This document shows, one piece after another, positions 1 through 14,410 of a stretch of DNA of 64,000 bases. This DNA is from Eledone cirrhosa. Its lineage: Eukaryota. The notes below the pieces were generated by a model. The model saw only the letters and a list, made by a program, of their open reading frames with translations, was not told the origin of the DNA and searched no databases. Location of the stretch: positions 30,380,001 through 30,444,000 of the forward strand of contig OZ024749.1 of assembly GCA_964016885.1 (NCBI GenBank), given 5' to 3'. Numbering within the stretch: the stretch's first letter is position 1; each line of letters starts with the position of its first letter. The position numbers and the translations under genes were made by a program.

Positions 1-2215
1 ATACATATAGAGACAGGCATATATATACATATAGAGTGAGGCATACATATACACATAGAGACAGGCATATATATACACATAGAGACAGGCATATATTTAC
101 ACATAGAGACAGGTATATATATACATATAGAGTCAGGCATATATTTACACATAGAGACAGGCATATATATACATATAGAGACAGGCATTTATATACATAT
201 AGAGACAGGTATATATATACATATAGAGTCAGGCATATATATACACATAGAGACAGGCATATATATACACATAGAGACAGGCATATATATAGAGAGAGAG
301 ACAGGCATATATATACACATAGAGACAGGCATATATATATACATAGAGACAGGCATATATATACATATAGAGTCAAGCATATATAAACATATAGAGACAG
401 GCATATATATACATATAGAGACAGGCATATATATACACATAGAGACAGGCATATATATACATATAGAGACAGGCATATATATACAGATAGAGACAGGCAT
501 ATATATACATATAGAGACAGGCATATATATACATATAGAGACAGGCATATATATACACATAGAGACAGGCATATATATACACATAGAGACAGGCATATAT
601 ATACACATAGAGACAGGCATATATATACATATAGAGGCAGGCATTTATATACATATAGAGACAGGCATATATATACATATAGAGTCAGGCATATATATAC
701 ATATAGAGACAGGCATATATATACATATAGAGACAGGCATATATATACATATAGAGACAGGCATATATATACACATAGAGACAGGCATATATATACACAT
801 AGAGACAGGCATATATATACATATAGAGACAGGCATATATATACACATAGAGACAGGCATATATATACATATAGAGACAGGCATATATATACATATAGAG
901 TGAGGCATACATATACACATAGAGACAGGCATATATATACACATAGAGACAGGCATATATTTACACATAGAGACAGGTATATATATACATATAGAGTCAG
1001 GCATATATATACACATAGAGACAGGCATATATATACACATAGAGACAGGCATATATATACATATAGAGACAGGCATATATATACACATAGAGACAGGCAT
1101 ATATATACACATAGAGACAGGCATATATATACATATAGAGGCAGGCATTTATATACATATAGAGACAGGTATATATATACATATAGAGTCAGGCATATAT
1201 ATACACATAGAGACAGGCATATATTTACACATAGAGACAGGCATATATATACACATAGAGACAGGCATATATATATACACATAGAGACAGGCATATATAT
1301 ACATATAGAGTCAGGCATATATATACATATAGAGACAGGCATATATATACATATAGAGACAGGCATTTATATACATATAGAGACAGGTATATATATACAT
1401 ATAGAGTCAGGCATTTATATACATATAGAGACAGGCATATATATACATATAGAGACAGGCATATATATACATATAGAGACAGGCATATATATACACATAG
1501 AGACAGGCATATATATACATATAGAGACAGGCATATATATACACATAGAGACAGGCATATATATACATATAGAGACAGGCATATATATACATATAGAGTC
1601 AGGCATTTATATACACATAGAGACAGGCATATATATACATATAGAGTCAGGCATTTATATACACATAGAGACATGCATATATATACATATAGAGACAGGC
1701 ATATATATACATATAGAGACAGGCATATATATACATATAGAGTCAGGCATTTATATACATATAGAGTCAGGCATATATATACACATAGAGACAGGCATAT
1801 ATATATACACATAGAGACAGGCATGTATATACATACACACACAGACACACACATACAGATATAGAGGTAAGTATTCACATACATACATGTATATACATAC
1901 ACACGCATACAGGCAGACATATACATACACACGCACAGACACACACACAGACATATATAGAGGTAAGTATACACTCACATACACACAGACACAGTATACA
2001 CACACGCACAGACACACACAGACATATAGAGGTAAGTATACAGTCGCATAAAGACATACAGACAGACATACATAGAGATAAGTGTACACACATACATACA
2101 TATGCACACACACGCACAGACACACACACGCAGACATATATAGAGATAGTAGACACACACATAGAGACATGGACACAAACGCACACACACACATAGACAC
2201 ACACACAGACATATA
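1..2215. repeat. 24-bp minisatellite array (ATATATACAYATAGAGACAGGCAT), degenerating into CA/GA-rich repeats after about 1830
   Basis: Unit repeated continuously from 1 to about 1830. The ORFs here are translations of the repeat. Confidence 0.95.
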
Positions 2216-2838
2216 TGATGGCTGCCCCCTCGTTATCGAGTATGGCCATTGCACGATATACCATTATTAATAATTATTAATTAATTCTATCGTGCAATGC
2301 CTGTGCGTGATATAATATATAAACTGCATTAGGAGAAAATTAGTGACGGAAATATATGAATATTTATTTAAGCGATCGCTAACCGGAAATGTTGGCATTT
2401 GAACATTTTAAAGAAGTGAATCTTATAATAAGCAGCAATATTATTTATATTTAATCAAGAATAACGAAATTTAGTAGATAAATTGTCTAATATTCATTCA
2501 TTATTTATTCAAAGTAATCCAACTTATTTTAAAAACGGGATAAAAAAATATATTCTGGAAGCAGTCCCGCACTCCTTACTTTATTATAGTTTAGATATTC
2601 GCTGATTTTGAGTGATTTTCTGAACATTGCAGACGTAATATCTACATTTGTGAAGTTGTATTTACTTGTATCTCTACCTAAACACAGTCAACGTATCAAC
2701 TGTTAATTAAACGTGTGGACTGTGAACAGTTGATTCGTCAGATTTATTGAGTGAGCTAAATGGTGGCCGGAGGACCCTGAATTTATACCATCGATGTTCA
2801 TTACTTTTATTATATATATACACATATATATATATATA

Positions 2839-3295
2839 AGTTAAAACAATGAAATAAAAAATCAAGTCATTAGAGATATACTTCACTGCTTTACGATTGT
2901 TTCTAGATGGTGATAATACATTGTATCTATACTCAGTTATTGATCTATGTAAGTTTACAAACTATCAGATAAAGAGAATATTTACTTACATGCATATCAC
3001 CAGCTGTTTTCAAAAGAAAAGTAAGTAAATATTCTCTCTATCTAATAGTTTCTAAACTTACATAGATCAATGACTGAGTATAGATACAATGTATTATCAC
3101 CATCTAGAAACGATCGTAAAGTAGTGAAGTATATCTCTAATGACTTGATTTTTATTTCATTGTTTTAACACATATCATGACTCTGTTTTCCTTTTAATGC
3201 TTTATTGTTTTCTGAGATTTATCTTAACCTACAACATTTTCAACATTGAGTTCTTCATACAGAATAGACCCCACAACTTACAGTGGATACCTCTG
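2839..3295 (+). mobile_element. Fold-back PLE-like end, family H (arms about 2839-2990 and 3021-3169, plus tail)
   Basis: About 150-bp imperfect inverted repeat between (TA)n tracts. Contains GAAACGATCGTA (hammerhead 3' half) and shares CTGATAGTTTGTAAA..TTACATAGATC with the complete hammerhead at 33733-33860. Confidence 0.65.
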
Positions 3296-3305
3296 TATAT
3301 ATATA

Positions 3306-3346
<41 letters not shown>

Positions 3347-3350
<4 letters not shown>

Positions 3351-3691
3351 AAAAAGAGATGAAATCGAAAATGCAACTGGAGTCTTATTTAAAAAAAATA
3401 TATATATATGTTTATTTGGTTCCTTTACCGGTTTCGCAGTTCTTCTGCTTTTCAAAAGGTGAGTTGAGATGGAGGGTCTGTGAGATGTGAGAAAAACCAC
3501 AGACCCTCCATCTCAACTCACCTTTTGAAAAGCAGAAGAACTGCGAAACCGGTAAAGGAACCAAATAAATATATATATATATATTTTTTAAATAAGACTC
3601 CAGTTGCATTTTCGATTTCATCTCTTTTTCTGTATACTTTCACTCGTGTAGGACACCTTGGTTATTTTTCATTTTGTAAAGAAAACTACAC

Positions 3692-3698
<7 letters not shown>
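3347..3698 (+). mobile_element. Fold-back PLE-like end, family E (other copies 42733-42887, 47328-47680)
   Basis: Inverted arms of about 135 bp plus a 65-bp tail, flanked by (TA)n. Near-identical copies elsewhere in the window. Contains a hammerhead. Confidence 0.75.
3521..3558 (+). ncRNA. Minimal type I hammerhead ribozyme, U3:A8 variant
   Basis: CCTT-TTGAAAA-GCAG-aagaa-CTGC-GAAA-CCGG-TA-AAGG: stems I and II perfect, palindromic stem III. Mirror copy at 3422-3459 (-) and copy at 47574-47611 (+). Confidence 0.8.
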
Positions 3699-3739
<41 letters not shown>

Positions 3740-3845
3740 GCATACACAAACATATACATATATATATATATATATATAATATATGTATATATACATACAT
3801 AAAGATGCATGCATACATTCATATATATATATATATATATATATA

Positions 3846-4072
3846 TTTATTAAAATAACAGATTAAAGTTTAAGCAAAGAATCGCTGCTTTCACCCTTAA
3901 CGGGATCTTCTGAAACTAACAAAGTCAATCTGTAAACGCAGAAGTGGATATTTCAATAAATATTTTAATAAATATTTTAATAAATATTTTAATTACGGTT
4001 CTTATATATTTGATATATATTTATCCTTATCGAGCCCTCTTTGGATTTTAGTCTTCAAATTTATTATTATTA
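3846..4072 (-). mobile_element. PLE-like end, family F (copies 9240-9435, 26735-26770, 38133-38250, 48536-48680)
   Basis: Recurrent sequence bounded by (TA)n, with rearranged or inverted blocks and a hammerhead motif. Confidence 0.7.
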
Positions 4073-4169
4073 CTATATATATATACATATACATATATAC
4101 ATATATATGCATACATGCATTCATATATATATGTATGAATGTATGTATATATGTATATATGTATATCTC

Positions 4170-4384
4170 TTTCTCGATCGACTTTCGTCAAATCGGACCG
4201 ACGAAACAATGCTTCCGTCGGTCTTTCAAATTGCTAATACTATCTATCGGTGGCAACTCCAGGTAGAAGGAGCAACGTGAAATAAAGTGTCTTGCTCAAG
4301 GACATAACGCATCGCCCTGTCCAGGAATCGAACTCACAACCTTACGATTGCGAATCCAATTCTCAAACCACTCAGCCACACGCC

Positions 4385-4388
<4 letters not shown>
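4170..4388 (-). mobile_element. tRNA-derived SINE, family 2 (related copies 11480-11620, 11660-11800, 25631-25740, 25747-25990, 50690-50950, 51440-51600, 53615-53760)
   Basis: Minus strand reads GGCGTGTGGCTGAGTGG (A box) ... GTTCGATTCC (B box) ... TCCTTGAGCAAGACACTTTATTTCACGTTGCTCC, shared with the other copies. Confidence 0.7.
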
Positions 4389-4430
<42 letters not shown>

Positions 4431-4454
4431 TGTATATATATGTATATATATATG

Positions 4455-4489
<35 letters not shown>

Positions 4490-4496
4490 GTATATA

Positions 4497-4561
<65 letters not shown>

Positions 4562-4564
4562 ATA

Positions 4565-4723
<159 letters not shown>

Positions 4724-5269
4724 TTTCATACATCTATATACATACATATATCCATACATATATAAACACATGAATATATTGTTAAAGAAACGAATACAGC
4801 TATCTCGGTTATTGGTGTTAATCTATATTTGCCTCGAGAATAAAACATGCTCATACAGATAATATTGTATCGATCTCTTTAAAAAATACGTCCTATATAG
4901 AAATGATATAATCTTTCTTATTAATTTCCAGAAGTCGTTAAATGAATTCCCGCGAATGAATTATTTTTTCTTCGTGTCTTTATTTAATGTTTTGTTTCTT
5001 TCTATATTTCTTCCATTTTAAATTCTATGAATTAATGTTTGGTTGCATTCGTTTTTTTCTATGTTGTTGTTTCGATCTGCTATAATAAATTCTGTCTCAT
5101 AAACAATCGAAAGATCCCGAAAACTAAAGTTGGAAGTGAAATATGTAATATAGCAAGCTATATTATATCTCTAATGAGAGTAACGGGGTTTATAGGATCT
5201 GTCTTAATTGAATTTGTTGATAGGAACATCGTTAATGCCAACATTTATCATTATTGATCACGCTAGCGC

Positions 5270-5840
5270 TGTAGATTGACAATAAAACCGGTAGAGCGTA
5301 GGAAAACATGCTTAGCGGCATAGAAATATGTCGCTATATATTCTGATTTCTAATCCTTCCGAGGTTAGCTTTGCTGTCGATGCTTACGGGGTTGATATAA
5401 TAAAGTACCAGTAATGCACTGGGTTCGGTTCAGTCGACATTCCTCCTCCCTTATTTTAGGGCGATGGGTTCACAGAATCGGTCGAGCTTCTGTTGATGTT
5501 AGCTTCGCGTGTCATCGTTACTGGGCCGATAAATAAAAATACCAGTAACGCACTAGGGTCGTTTTAAACGACTTTCCCCTTCCCTCCAAAAATTGTTGAA
5601 TTTTTGTCTACATCAGAAACCATTATTTTAGGGCGGTGGATTGGCAAAATCGGTAGAGTATCGAAGAACATGTTTTGCGACATACAGTTACTGTCCGTTA
5701 TGTTCTGATGTCAAATGCCGTAGAGGTTAGCTTTGTTTTTCATCGTTACGGGGTCGATAATATATAGCTCCAACAAAACACTGATGTCGAGTTAATCGAC
5801 TTATCCCTCCCCTTAACATTGGATCCCTTGTACCATCTGA
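5270..5840 (+). mobile_element. Three tandem degenerate copies of SINE family 1
   Basis: Repeated GGTAGAG...GAGGTTAGCTTTG...GGGGTCGATAAAATAAAGTACCAG motif. Confidence 0.7.
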
Positions 5841-6060
5841 ACTTCAAACTATCGTGAAAGCTGCTCTGTATTTCACACAGGCCTGCGAAACTTTAAAAAA
5901 TGTCTGAAAAACTCGACACACTATAGAACAAAATTGGACAATTTAATTATTAGTACAGTCCAGCCAATATATTTTCACATAATTTCTATCTTCTGAATGT
6001 TCCTGAGAAATCAACGAAGAAGGAAAGGCATCGACTTAATTCCTCATTATTCACATACAC

Positions 6061-6284
6061 AAGGGCAGTGGATTGGCAGTATTGGTAGAGGGTCGGGCGC
6101 CATGCTTTGCAGCATAGAGTTAAGGCCCTTTATGATCTGAGTTCAAATCCCGCCGAGGTTAACTTTGCTTTTCATCCTTAACCGGTCGATAAAATAAAGT
6201 ACCAGGCAGGCACTGGGGTCGATTTAATCGACTTTTCCCTCTTCCAAAATTGCTGGCCTTGTGCCTATTTGAGAAACCATTATT
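6061..6284 (+). mobile_element. tRNA-derived SINE, family 1, full length
   Basis: TGGCAGTATTGG A box, GTTCAAATCC B box, central CCTTTCATCCTTACGGGGTCGATAAAATAAAGTACCAG domain, AT-rich tail. Confidence 0.85.
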
Positions 6285-6528
6285 TACATACACAAACACA
6301 GAAAGATGTATACATACATGCATACACACGGTCAGACACACGCACTATGTCATACACACAAACAGACAGACAAACACACACACAGACGCACAGATAATGA
6401 TTCTCACGCTCAAACACGCACATGCATACACGCGATCAAATACACAGACACAGACACACAGACACATACATACTGACGCTCAAGTTCAAACATACACATG
6501 GCCAGATATGCACACACCCACACACACA

Positions 6529-6616
<88 letters not shown>

Positions 6617-6939
6617 CATATACTGACACTCAACCTCAAAGTCACACATCCATACACAGAATCTGACACACAGACGCATACATACTGACGCCCACGTCTA
6701 AACAAACACCTGCACACACACTCAGATACAGACACACACACTCAATCCTACTTTCATCTATTTCCCCCACAAAATGATATATCTAGCGTTACATCTGTGT
6801 GGAATGGAAAGTAATAGATCATGTATATATCTTATAATATAATAATATTCTATAAAATTCAAATCTAATAATTGTCTGTATATATATATATTATATAGAA
6901 TAAGGAGAAGCGACGTAGTTTCAGATGTTCAAGTCTTTT

Positions 6940-7125
6940 AATAATTGTTTCTACTAATGGCACAAGGCCAGCAATTACCCGGTACATTACTGGTACTTTA
7001 TTTTATCGACCCCGTAAGGATGAAAGGCAAAGTTAACCTCGGCGGGATTTGAACTCAGATCGTAAAGGGACGTAACTATGCTGGAAAGCATGGCGTCCGA
7101 CCCTCTACCGATACTGCCAATCCAC
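6940..7125 (-). mobile_element. SINE family 1
   Basis: Reverse complement of the 6061-6284 element. Confidence 0.85.
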
Positions 7126-7299
7126 AATAATAATGCTGTGATATATATTTCAATGGCGACAGTGGCCACACTGTTCTGTGCGCCAGTGTCGCGACATCGT
7201 CAGACAGCTTGTTACATAATGAGGTTATCTTTCCGAGGCAATCCAAATTGAATCGACATTGGAACGCACGAAGTGTGTGCTTTTGGGTTCATCATCCGT

Positions 7300-7394
<95 letters not shown>

Positions 7395-7397
<3 letters not shown>

Positions 7398-7693
7398 CGT
7401 TTCTGAATTTGTTTAGCAAGATTCTTTATCTGAAATCGTGTGTTGAAACCGATATTGTTATACTTTGGGATGGTCATGTTGCCAATAAGAAACACACGCA
7501 CCAGTTGCTTTCACTTCAATTTAATTTATTAAATATTTATAAATTTACAAATTTATAAATTTCTGGTTGGTTGGTTGGTTCCACAACCAGAAATTTATAA
7601 ATTTGTAAATTTATAAATATTTAATAAATTAAATTGAAGTGAAAGCAACTGGTGCGTGTGTTTCTTATTGGCAACATGACCCTCCCAAAGTAT

Positions 7694-7700
<7 letters not shown>
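7395..7700 (-). mobile_element. Fold-back PLE end, family A (same family as the GIY-YIG element 43205-44202)
   Basis: Matches 44010-44202. Inverted arms about 7452-7569 and 7584-7700, flanked by (TA)n. Confidence 0.8.
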
Positions 7701-7729
<29 letters not shown>

Positions 7730-8142
7730 CAAGAAAGAAGAGCGACATAGTTCACTATACAATAAGGGCTTTATTCACATTGCTGCCAGTTGTTTCTTTG
7801 ATCTGGTAGGTCTAGAGTTCGCTATCCGCCTGATTATGCGCCAATCGATCTCCAATACTTTGTTTATAACCAGTCGTTTTCATCAGAGCAGGGGAACTCG
7901 CAGCATCACTATGGAAACGTCTTGTTGAGTCATACTAAGCCACGCATTACTACTATCCACTACACGAACTACTCCAGTTGGACTACATCTAAGTGGACTG
8001 TCTATAATGATATATATTTATATATCCCAAATTAAAAATAAATTAAATGAATTCAATCCAATTTGAAATTGAGGGTGTCATGTCATAATGGTATGCGCCA
8101 TATCGCCTGGAAAATAAGCTCCAAGATAAATCTGAGCATTTT

Positions 8143-8430
8143 ATAATAACTAGAAATTGATTAACATATTATATACATGAATAATCACAGGAGATAATTT
8201 TTAGACGCGTGTAATATATATCCCATTAAAGAAATATATTTCACCAATTAATCAGAAATTAATGGTGAAATATATTTCTTTAATGGGATATATACAAGGA
8301 AGGTTAATCATACTTAAAGGTATAAATTTAATTTTTACCCAAACTAGCTATGCGTGGTTACACGCGTCTAAAAATTATCTCCTGTGATTATTCATGTATA
8401 TTTATATGTTAATAAATTTCTAGTTATTAT
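8143..8430 (+). mobile_element. Nested fold-back element, family I
   Basis: Outer inverted repeat 8143-8212/8358-8430 and inner inverted repeat about 8214-8251/8257-8294. GGTGAAATATATT resembles a hammerhead 3' half. Confidence 0.55.
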
Positions 8431-9131
8431 ATATATATATATTTATATATATATATATGAATACTGTATATATCCACTTATGTGCGCTATTGGTATTGGG
8501 TATTGTCCTACATAAATCTTAGCTGTTATCTAGTTAGGCACTTCCCAACTTCCTTTGTAATATCGATGTATGTTTGTGTTAAATATGATGAGGAAATAAC
8601 TTATACACTGTAAGCTTTCTACATGATTTCTTACATGATTTACTAAAATATATTAACTCTATGAATAACATATGAGCCAAATATATTCAACGTCCAACTA
8701 GTTGGAGATAGCACACAGCATTTTAATATTTAGGTGTACGATATATATATATACATAATACACAAATTGTTCGTATTAAATGCACACTTGTAGAGCAAAA
8801 TTCGCGGTGTTCATTAGAAATATAAATAATACACAAACCTTTAGTATTAAATGCATGTTTGTAGAGCAAAATGCTCGGTGTTTAATTGAAATATACATCT
8901 ACATATTACTAAAAATCTGTGATTGCTTGCTTGCTTGCTTGATTGATTGATTATCTGTAATGTAATACAGCGCAAAAGGAGCAAAATGGGAAAATACTTT
9001 GAAATAAAGCTGCCTCTGAAATGGGAATACAAATGGAATAAAATAAGTGTTGCGTAAATGGAAGCACGGGTTCCTGAGATATAGGGTTTTCTGTGTATCT
9101 TCATAAACAGAGAGAGAGAGGGGGAGAGATA

Positions 9132-9173
<42 letters not shown>

Positions 9174-9429
9174 GAGAGAGAAAGAGAGGGAGACAGAGAG
9201 AGCTGGTGGTGTTGTAGTATATATATATATATATATATAGTAATAATAATAAATTTGAAGACTAAAATCCAAAGAGGGCTCGATAAGGATAAATATATAT
9301 CAAATATATAAGAATCGTAGAGCAAATATTTATTAAAATAACAGATTAAAGTTTAAGCAAAGAATCGCTGAAGATCCCGTTAAGGGTGAAAGCAGCGATT
9401 CTTTGCTTAAACTTTAATCTGTTATTTTA

Positions 9430-9477
<48 letters not shown>

Positions 9478-11239
9478 ATATATATATATATATGTGTGTG
9501 TATATGTGTGTGTGTATGTCTATGACTAGTGTATATAGATCACAGACACCCATATATATATACACACACATATATATATGTGTATACAAACACACACATT
9601 TATATATATACATACATACACACATATATATATATATATATGGGCTTTCCAGTTTTATTTCACATTATATACGTGTGTGTATAATTTAATTATTTAAATG
9701 ATGATTTAAAAGAAATATTTTGAAACGAACGTGACCCAACGGTTCACGGGTGGTTTAGTTATACACAAATTGCTAGAATTAAATGTAGAGCTGCAGGATT
9801 ATATGTTTGTTGTTCTAACAGTTAGATATATATTATAGATAAACTGGTAGTATTATATATATTCGTGTTCAGGGTAATATTTTAAAGGAAAGAAACGTTG
9901 AACAGATTTTACGGACAAAACTAACCGGCTGCAGATCCGGAGGTAGGCCATGAGTAAGATGTTTGGTTAACATCCATGAGCTGGGTTGGTGTCGCTTGAG
10001 GGATCCTGCCGAATTAACTGGAGACAGTTGCTTCTGATAGGTTGTTTCTGAGAGGTGCGACTGAGGTCTCTAACCCCAGACCTGGAGAAATGCACTAAAA
10101 ATCACCGTATGTCAAAACAGCGCCCCTACGAGTTTACCATGAGTTACAGGATCATCTATCCATGAAATATGAAGTACAGTGAAGAGGAACTTGTATTTAG
10201 CAAAGCGGAGACAACACTGAACGTATTTTAAGCTTATGAAACCTCGTCAGCGAATAATAGTCTCACTGCAACTACAATAGTCAAGGAATCACTACAGAAA
10301 TATTGATATATTTTATTGAATATCACGGAGTGGCATGATAGCTCTAATTATAGCTATAAATAATATCTAGGGGGTACATACCCAGATCCACCGCTGTGTG
10401 ATTACTTAATGGTAATCTATAACAAAGCTAACTTGAAATTGTAAGCCCCGGAAGTTTAATTGGTTAAAATTCTACTTTCTAAGGGCGGGACCAAATCGCT
10501 ATACACATGAATGAATGTTGTAAAAATTGGTACAAACATTTAAAATAAATGATATTTTAATTCTTTGGCTTTAATTGAATATAGGGTACGAAGAGCATCT
10601 TCGTACATACTTCAGTATTATTAACCTTCAGTATTATTAACCTTCATTACTGAAGCATAATATAATACAAATTGTAAGATGATAGAATATATAGCGAGAT
10701 ATATGTTTAGTGTTTGGGGGAATACAAAAAGGGTGACACAATTACTATAAAAGCTGTCCTTTCACAAACAGTCTATGTTTGGCTTAGGCTGTGTGTGAAA
10801 GGACAGCTTTTGACCTACTGACAAATAACTATGAATAAAACATTAGAAAATCTCAATACACTAATCCTTACAGAATACATAAAAATAACTTGATGGAGAA
10901 GAAATTATTTTTTAAAGACTCCTATGAGGTTAGCATATTACCTTTAATACCGAAAAATTTAACGATACAACGTAAATAGCATAGATTATGGAACATAGCT
11001 TATGGATGACATTTGAAAGGAATCAGTAAGTTATATTGCATTCACAAAAGATCACAGTTTTTAAAATGCTACAAATGTCAAGTCTTATAATATATTAACG
11101 ACACAGTTTAGCTGCTCAAAATACAATAAAGAAAAGACAAGAAAACAAGAAACATCTTTAATCTGGTAAAGTATCCTCAAGTGCATTAAACAGCGGAAAA
11201 CGAAATTAAATACCTTCGTTTAATGGGCGACCTCTTTAC

Positions 11240-11365
11240 CGTATATCTTACTGAAAAGCTTCAACATCGTATTTATATTAACTTTAAAACTGAGATCTTC
11301 TTCTTCTGAGACGTCATCGAACGTAAAGCCGAATAAATATGCGCCTCCAACCAACGACAAATCAA
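11240..11365 (-). CDS. Candidate internal exon (DLSLVGGAYLFGFTFDDVSEEEDLSFKVNINTMLKLFSKIYG)
   Basis: Preceded by ctcAG, followed by GTaaag; 126 nt, open frame, unique sequence. No homology recognised. Confidence 0.3.
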
Positions 11366-11872
11366 CTGAGAGTTCAAATCCGAAACAGTATTTCAGAAGT
11401 ACCAATACATTAAAGAGAGAAATATTCGTCCTCACTCCAAATTTCTTTGTTGTTAAATGGATAATTCTTAATATAAATTGGGAGAGTTTGAAGCTATGAT
11501 CTCCAGCTAACAGTTATAAGGTCTTGCGTTCGATTCTTGGACCGATAATAGACTGTGTCCTTGAGCAAGACACTTTATTTCACGTTGACATAGTCCAGTC
11601 AGCTGGCAAAACTGAATTTTAAAAAGGTACGCTGGTTAAATGAATAATTCTGAATAAAATTTGGGAGGGTTTAAAGCTAAGATGTTCAGCTAATAGTTCT
11701 GAAGATTGGGGTTTGATTCTTGGACGAATAATAGGCTGTATCCTTGACCAAGTAACTTTAAGTCACGTTGACCTAGTCCAGTCTGCTGACAAAACTGAAT
11801 TATAAACAGATACGCTTAGTCTCCCTGAGAATTGAGATATCGATATAAGTGTCTTCACAGCCAACTAAATAA

Positions 11873-12074
11873 ATGAGGGGGTGCTGAAAATTTCCTGGGT
11901 TGATCGCTGCTACAGAAGCCTAGCTGGAGTTCTTTTTACAGGGCGTAGAAAAACTGAAGGAGCGCAGCAATAAGTGTGAGAATCTGAGAGGCGAATATGT
12001 TGAATGAAATCATAATTAACTGAACCTCCTGTATTTTTTCCTTAAAGCCAGGAACCCTTCACCTCCCCATTGTA
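11873..12074 (+). mobile_element. Internally deleted mariner (Tc1/mariner) element
   Basis: Degenerate TIRs (GAGGGGGTGCTGAAAATTTCCTGG / CCAGGAACCCTTCACCTCCCC). Interior encodes EFFLQGVEKLKERSNKCENLRGEYVE*, resembling the typical mariner transposase C-terminus. Confidence 0.8.
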
Positions 12075-13444
12075 TTTTCTATCACAATTATATTGAATTT
12101 CACCATAGATTAATGATATATGTCAGAGAATGTTTCTTTTTGAAAGGCGACTGGTCATATTTAACCCTTTTTAAACGAAGCCGCCTAATGTTATAATACA
12201 TTATTGTGTGTTTAGTTAGAGCCCAAGTTGTTATCATTTTTGTGGTGGGCCCTGAAGCCTGATCACTGATGTTTAATCTCGATCAGGCAAACCACAACAA
12301 GTTGAGACAACAACAGTCAAATACGAAAGAAGTCTGTTCATTGAAACACATTCAATAATAATTCTATCAGAAACGGTTCCAAACATTAGCTTCATAATGC
12401 GAAAATTAGTTTATATTACTAAAACCCTCCAAATTATTGATTAAAAAAAGTAATTGAAATCCATAATTAGTTTATTTTATTAAAAACATTGTAATAATAG
12501 AGTTATTTGAAATTAATGGCTGTTTTTAGTCAGAATGAGTAGCGAGTAAGTGATTGCTAAGTATCTATCTATCTGTCTATATATATATGTAAATAAAGAA
12601 AGATATCTATATTTATATATAATGTTCTGTCCCGTTTCAATTAAACGATACGACGTAGAAAGACAGTATGTAATTAACATTCCCTGTTGTGTCAGTCTTC
12701 TGGCCGTGTGCGAATTTACCTCGTTAAACAAGACGTTATCTGAAAATCTTTCTGTCTGTGTTATTATATTGCACATAATATAACTTTAGTTGATCCCTAG
12801 TGGGTAATAATAATTTCTAAGAGTATGGAGGAAGGGTTTATAGAGAGAGAGAGGGGTGGGGGAATATGGAAAATGGTTGACGCAGTGTTTTTTCATTTAT
12901 CAACCTTGGAAAACCGACTATGACAAATAGAGTTGTGTGGGATTTGAACTCAGAGCTCAGAAGACCGGAAGAAAACAGAGGCATTTAATGCGACACTCTA
13001 ACTTCTATAAAAAATCGCCATCTTATGAAAGTAACTGTGAGCCGGACCGAATAATAGTAAGAATTCTTATCAGGGGTTCTAACAAATCTGTCAAGTTTAG
13101 GACTAGAGTGATAATCGATAATGCTATAAAGCTTGTCATACAACGTTGGACAAAATTTAATTTCGTGGCTTACTTAATTAACAAGAAAATATATGAGTTC
13201 GGTTAGACAATTATATGAAGGAAAATTATGTAAAAATAAAAATAAAAATAAAAATAAAAATAAAATTAAAAATAAAATTAAAAATAAAAATAAAAATAGA
13301 AATAGAAAAAAAATCGTTAATAAATTTTCAAGTGTTTCAAATATATATTACTTTTCACTAAATATAATTTACTCATTTTGTATTGTATTTACATAACAGT
13401 GGGCTTTGATTTGCAATTGAAACAACATGCCGAACCACACTTAC

Positions 13445-13636
13445 CATCCTCCTCCGGGGAAACGCCTTCTCCATTCTGTCAGCCGCGGTTTTGAGGAGGC
13501 CAGCACGTGGGACCCCGCTTGCTCACCATTCAGAGAGATGAGGAGAGCGAGAGAGATGGAGGCGATGACAGTGGGAGTTCGGCTCTTCCACATTCGGACC
13601 ATATCCTTGTCGTTATATACATTAACACAAATGTAT
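13445..13636 (-). CDS. Candidate internal exon (YICVNVYNDKDMVRMWKSRTPTVIASISLALLISLNGEQAGSHVLASSKPRLTEWRRRFPGGG)
   Basis: GC-richer island, ttctgttAG acceptor, perfect GTAAGT donor, 192 nt, single open frame, phase-compatible with the exon at 16480-16591. Confidence 0.5.
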
Positions 13637-13996
13637 CTAACAGAAAATGGAGATCCCATCCCATTCTTATATGCAGTGCTGATAGTGTGTCAGTCTCTGG
13701 TATATAGTTCTAAGTATGGAAAGGCATAATATAACATGTAGACCCGAAGAACATTTAAACTGACTGGAAGGTCATGACAAGAATTCTTATGATCATAGAA
13801 CTGCTCGGTCAGGTCTTACCTGGGGCTAAACAACAACATCAACAACTACGACAATAAACAACATTGTAAGATTAGTTCCTAAGCAACTACTCGTTTCTTC
13901 TGTCTATATCGCATGCAAATATATATAATAGACACTGAAACATTTTAAAGCCGAAGTCTATATTTTTCTTGGTGCCATCCATGTTTATATTATATA

Positions 13997-14175
13997 TTGG
14001 CAGTATCGGTAGAGGGTCGGACGCCATACTTTCCAGCATAGTTACGTCCCTTTACGATCTGAGTTCAAATCCCGCCGAGGTTGACTTTGCCTTTCATCCT
14101 TACGGGGTCGATAAAATAAAGTACCAGTAATGCACTGGGTAATTGCTGGCCTTGTGCCTAAAGTAGAAACAATTA
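13997..14175 (+). mobile_element. SINE family 1
   Basis: Matches the 6061-6284 element. Confidence 0.85.
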
Positions 14176-14195
14176 TATATATATATATATATATA

Positions 14196-14410
14196 GGGCG
14201 GCAACAATTCCCGTGATCCATCGACGAGTTCTCATCAGCGGTCTTTTTCCTTCATCTTCGCTGCCATGTCCTGCGTCTCCAAGAGATCTGTGTCTGTCAT
14301 TAGGACATCAACATATGTCAACCTCGCTCTTCCTCTTCCAGTGTGTCCATGCAGGGGCTCCAGCACTCTGCACTGAGTGCAGTGTCAACTCTGGATGTCG
14401 CTGAGTAGGT
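14196..14410 (-). mobile_element. RTE-clade LINE 3' fragment
   Basis: Minus strand translates VLEPLHGHTGRGRARLTYVDVLMTDTDLLETQDMAAKMKEKDR, resembling the RTE ORF C-terminal PxxGxRxRGRPxxTYxD motif. Confidence 0.6.

Noticed and set aside
36-2270. Long ORFs such as THRDRHIY and MPVSICIY repeats
   Set aside because: They are translations of the 24-bp satellite and CA repeats, with no coding signal.
6061-6160. tRNA genes
   Set aside because: The A and B boxes are SINE heads followed by the SINE body, and no proper cloverleaf forms.
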